From assembly GCF_001194135.2 (NCBI RefSeq), contig NC_068986.1:22458562-22522561 (forward strand): 64,000 bases of DNA, in the 5' to 3' direction. The DNA comes from Octopus bimaculoides (taxonomy: Eukaryota). The notes under the pieces are model-generated. The model ran no database searches. It was not told where the DNA came from and saw only the letters and a list, made by a program, of their open reading frames with translations. A program made the translations under genes and the position numbers. Positions 63,283 to 64,000 of this stretch are shown piece by piece (the first letter of the stretch is position 1; each line of letters starts with the position of its first letter).

Positions 63283-63845
63283 NNNNNNNNNNNNNNNNNN
63301 NNNNNNNNNNNNNNNNNNNNNNNNNNNNNNNNNNNNNNNNNNNNNNNNNNNNNNNNNNNNNNNNNNNNNNNNNNNNNNNNNNNNNNNNNNNNNNNNNNNN
63401 NNNNNNNNNNNNNNNNNNNNNNNNNNNNNNNNNNNNNNNNNNNNNNNNNNNNNNNNNNNNNNNNNNNNNNNNNNNNNNNNNNNNNNNNNNNNNNNNNNNN
63501 NNNNNNNNNNNNNNNNNNNNNNNNNNNNNNNNNNNNNNNNNNNNNNNNNNNNNNNNNNNNNNNNNNNNNNNNNNNNNNNNNNNNNNNNNNNNNNNNNNNN
63601 NNNNNNNNNNNNNNNNNNNNNNNNNNNNNNNNATACATATATATATATATATATATATGTGAGTCTGTGTTTGTCCCCCCACCATCGCTTAACAACTGAT
63701 GTTGGTGTGTTTATGTTCTCGTAACTTAGCAGTTCGGCAAAAGCGACTGATAGAATAAGTTCTGGAGTCAATTTGTTCAACTAAAGGCGGTGCTCCAGCA
63801 TGGCTGCAGTCAAATGACTGAAACAATTAAAAGAATGAAAGAATA
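63087..63845 (+). mobile_element. SINE with the same head as 50703 but a different tail (gap inside)
   Basis: Head GTGTGGCTGTGTAGTAAGAAGC..GGCACTTTGGGCAAGTGTC..GGAAACTGAAAGAAGCCC, microsatellite/gap, then the tail GTAACTTAGCAGTTCGGCAAAAG..CTAAAGGCGGTGCTCCAGCATGGC..AAAAGAATGAAAGAAT. Confidence 0.8.
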
Positions 63846-63851
63846 TATATG

Positions 63852-63897
<46 letters not shown>

Positions 63898-64000
63898 TAC
63901 AGGTGAAGGCTTGTTTGCATTATCAAGAAGTTCATTTTGCAATCAAATAGTATTTAAGTTCAGTTCCACTGCACAAAAAGTTTCTTTTATCCTAAGTTGA

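Overview
AT-rich, repeat-laden eukaryotic draft-assembly DNA with N gaps. The repeat families look like those of Octopus, but that assignment is recalled and inferred, not searched. One protein-coding gene is supported, on the + strand: the 5' part of a ZCCHC14/ZCCHC2-family (C. elegans GLS-1-like) gene, a family of TENT4 adaptors. Three phase-compatible exons were reconstructed by hand: 8760-9350, 44915-45032 and 55605-55675. They are separated by introns of about 35.6 kb and 10.6 kb, and the gene continues beyond the window. The rest is intronic or intergenic DNA filled with RTE-clade LINE fragments, tRNA-derived SINEs, TTAA-type and hAT-like MITEs, a mariner element, a Helitron relic and microsatellites. 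I see no CRISPR array, rRNA, true tRNA or prokaryote-like system, and no clearly new biological system can be demonstrated from sequence alone. The best leads are: a CxxC-x16-CxxC motif confined to exon 2; a three-frame uORF cluster ahead of the start codon; a CpG-rich YY1-motif island in intron 1; near-identical inverted LINE tails flanking exon 2; and direct LINE/SINE tail-sharing evidence.
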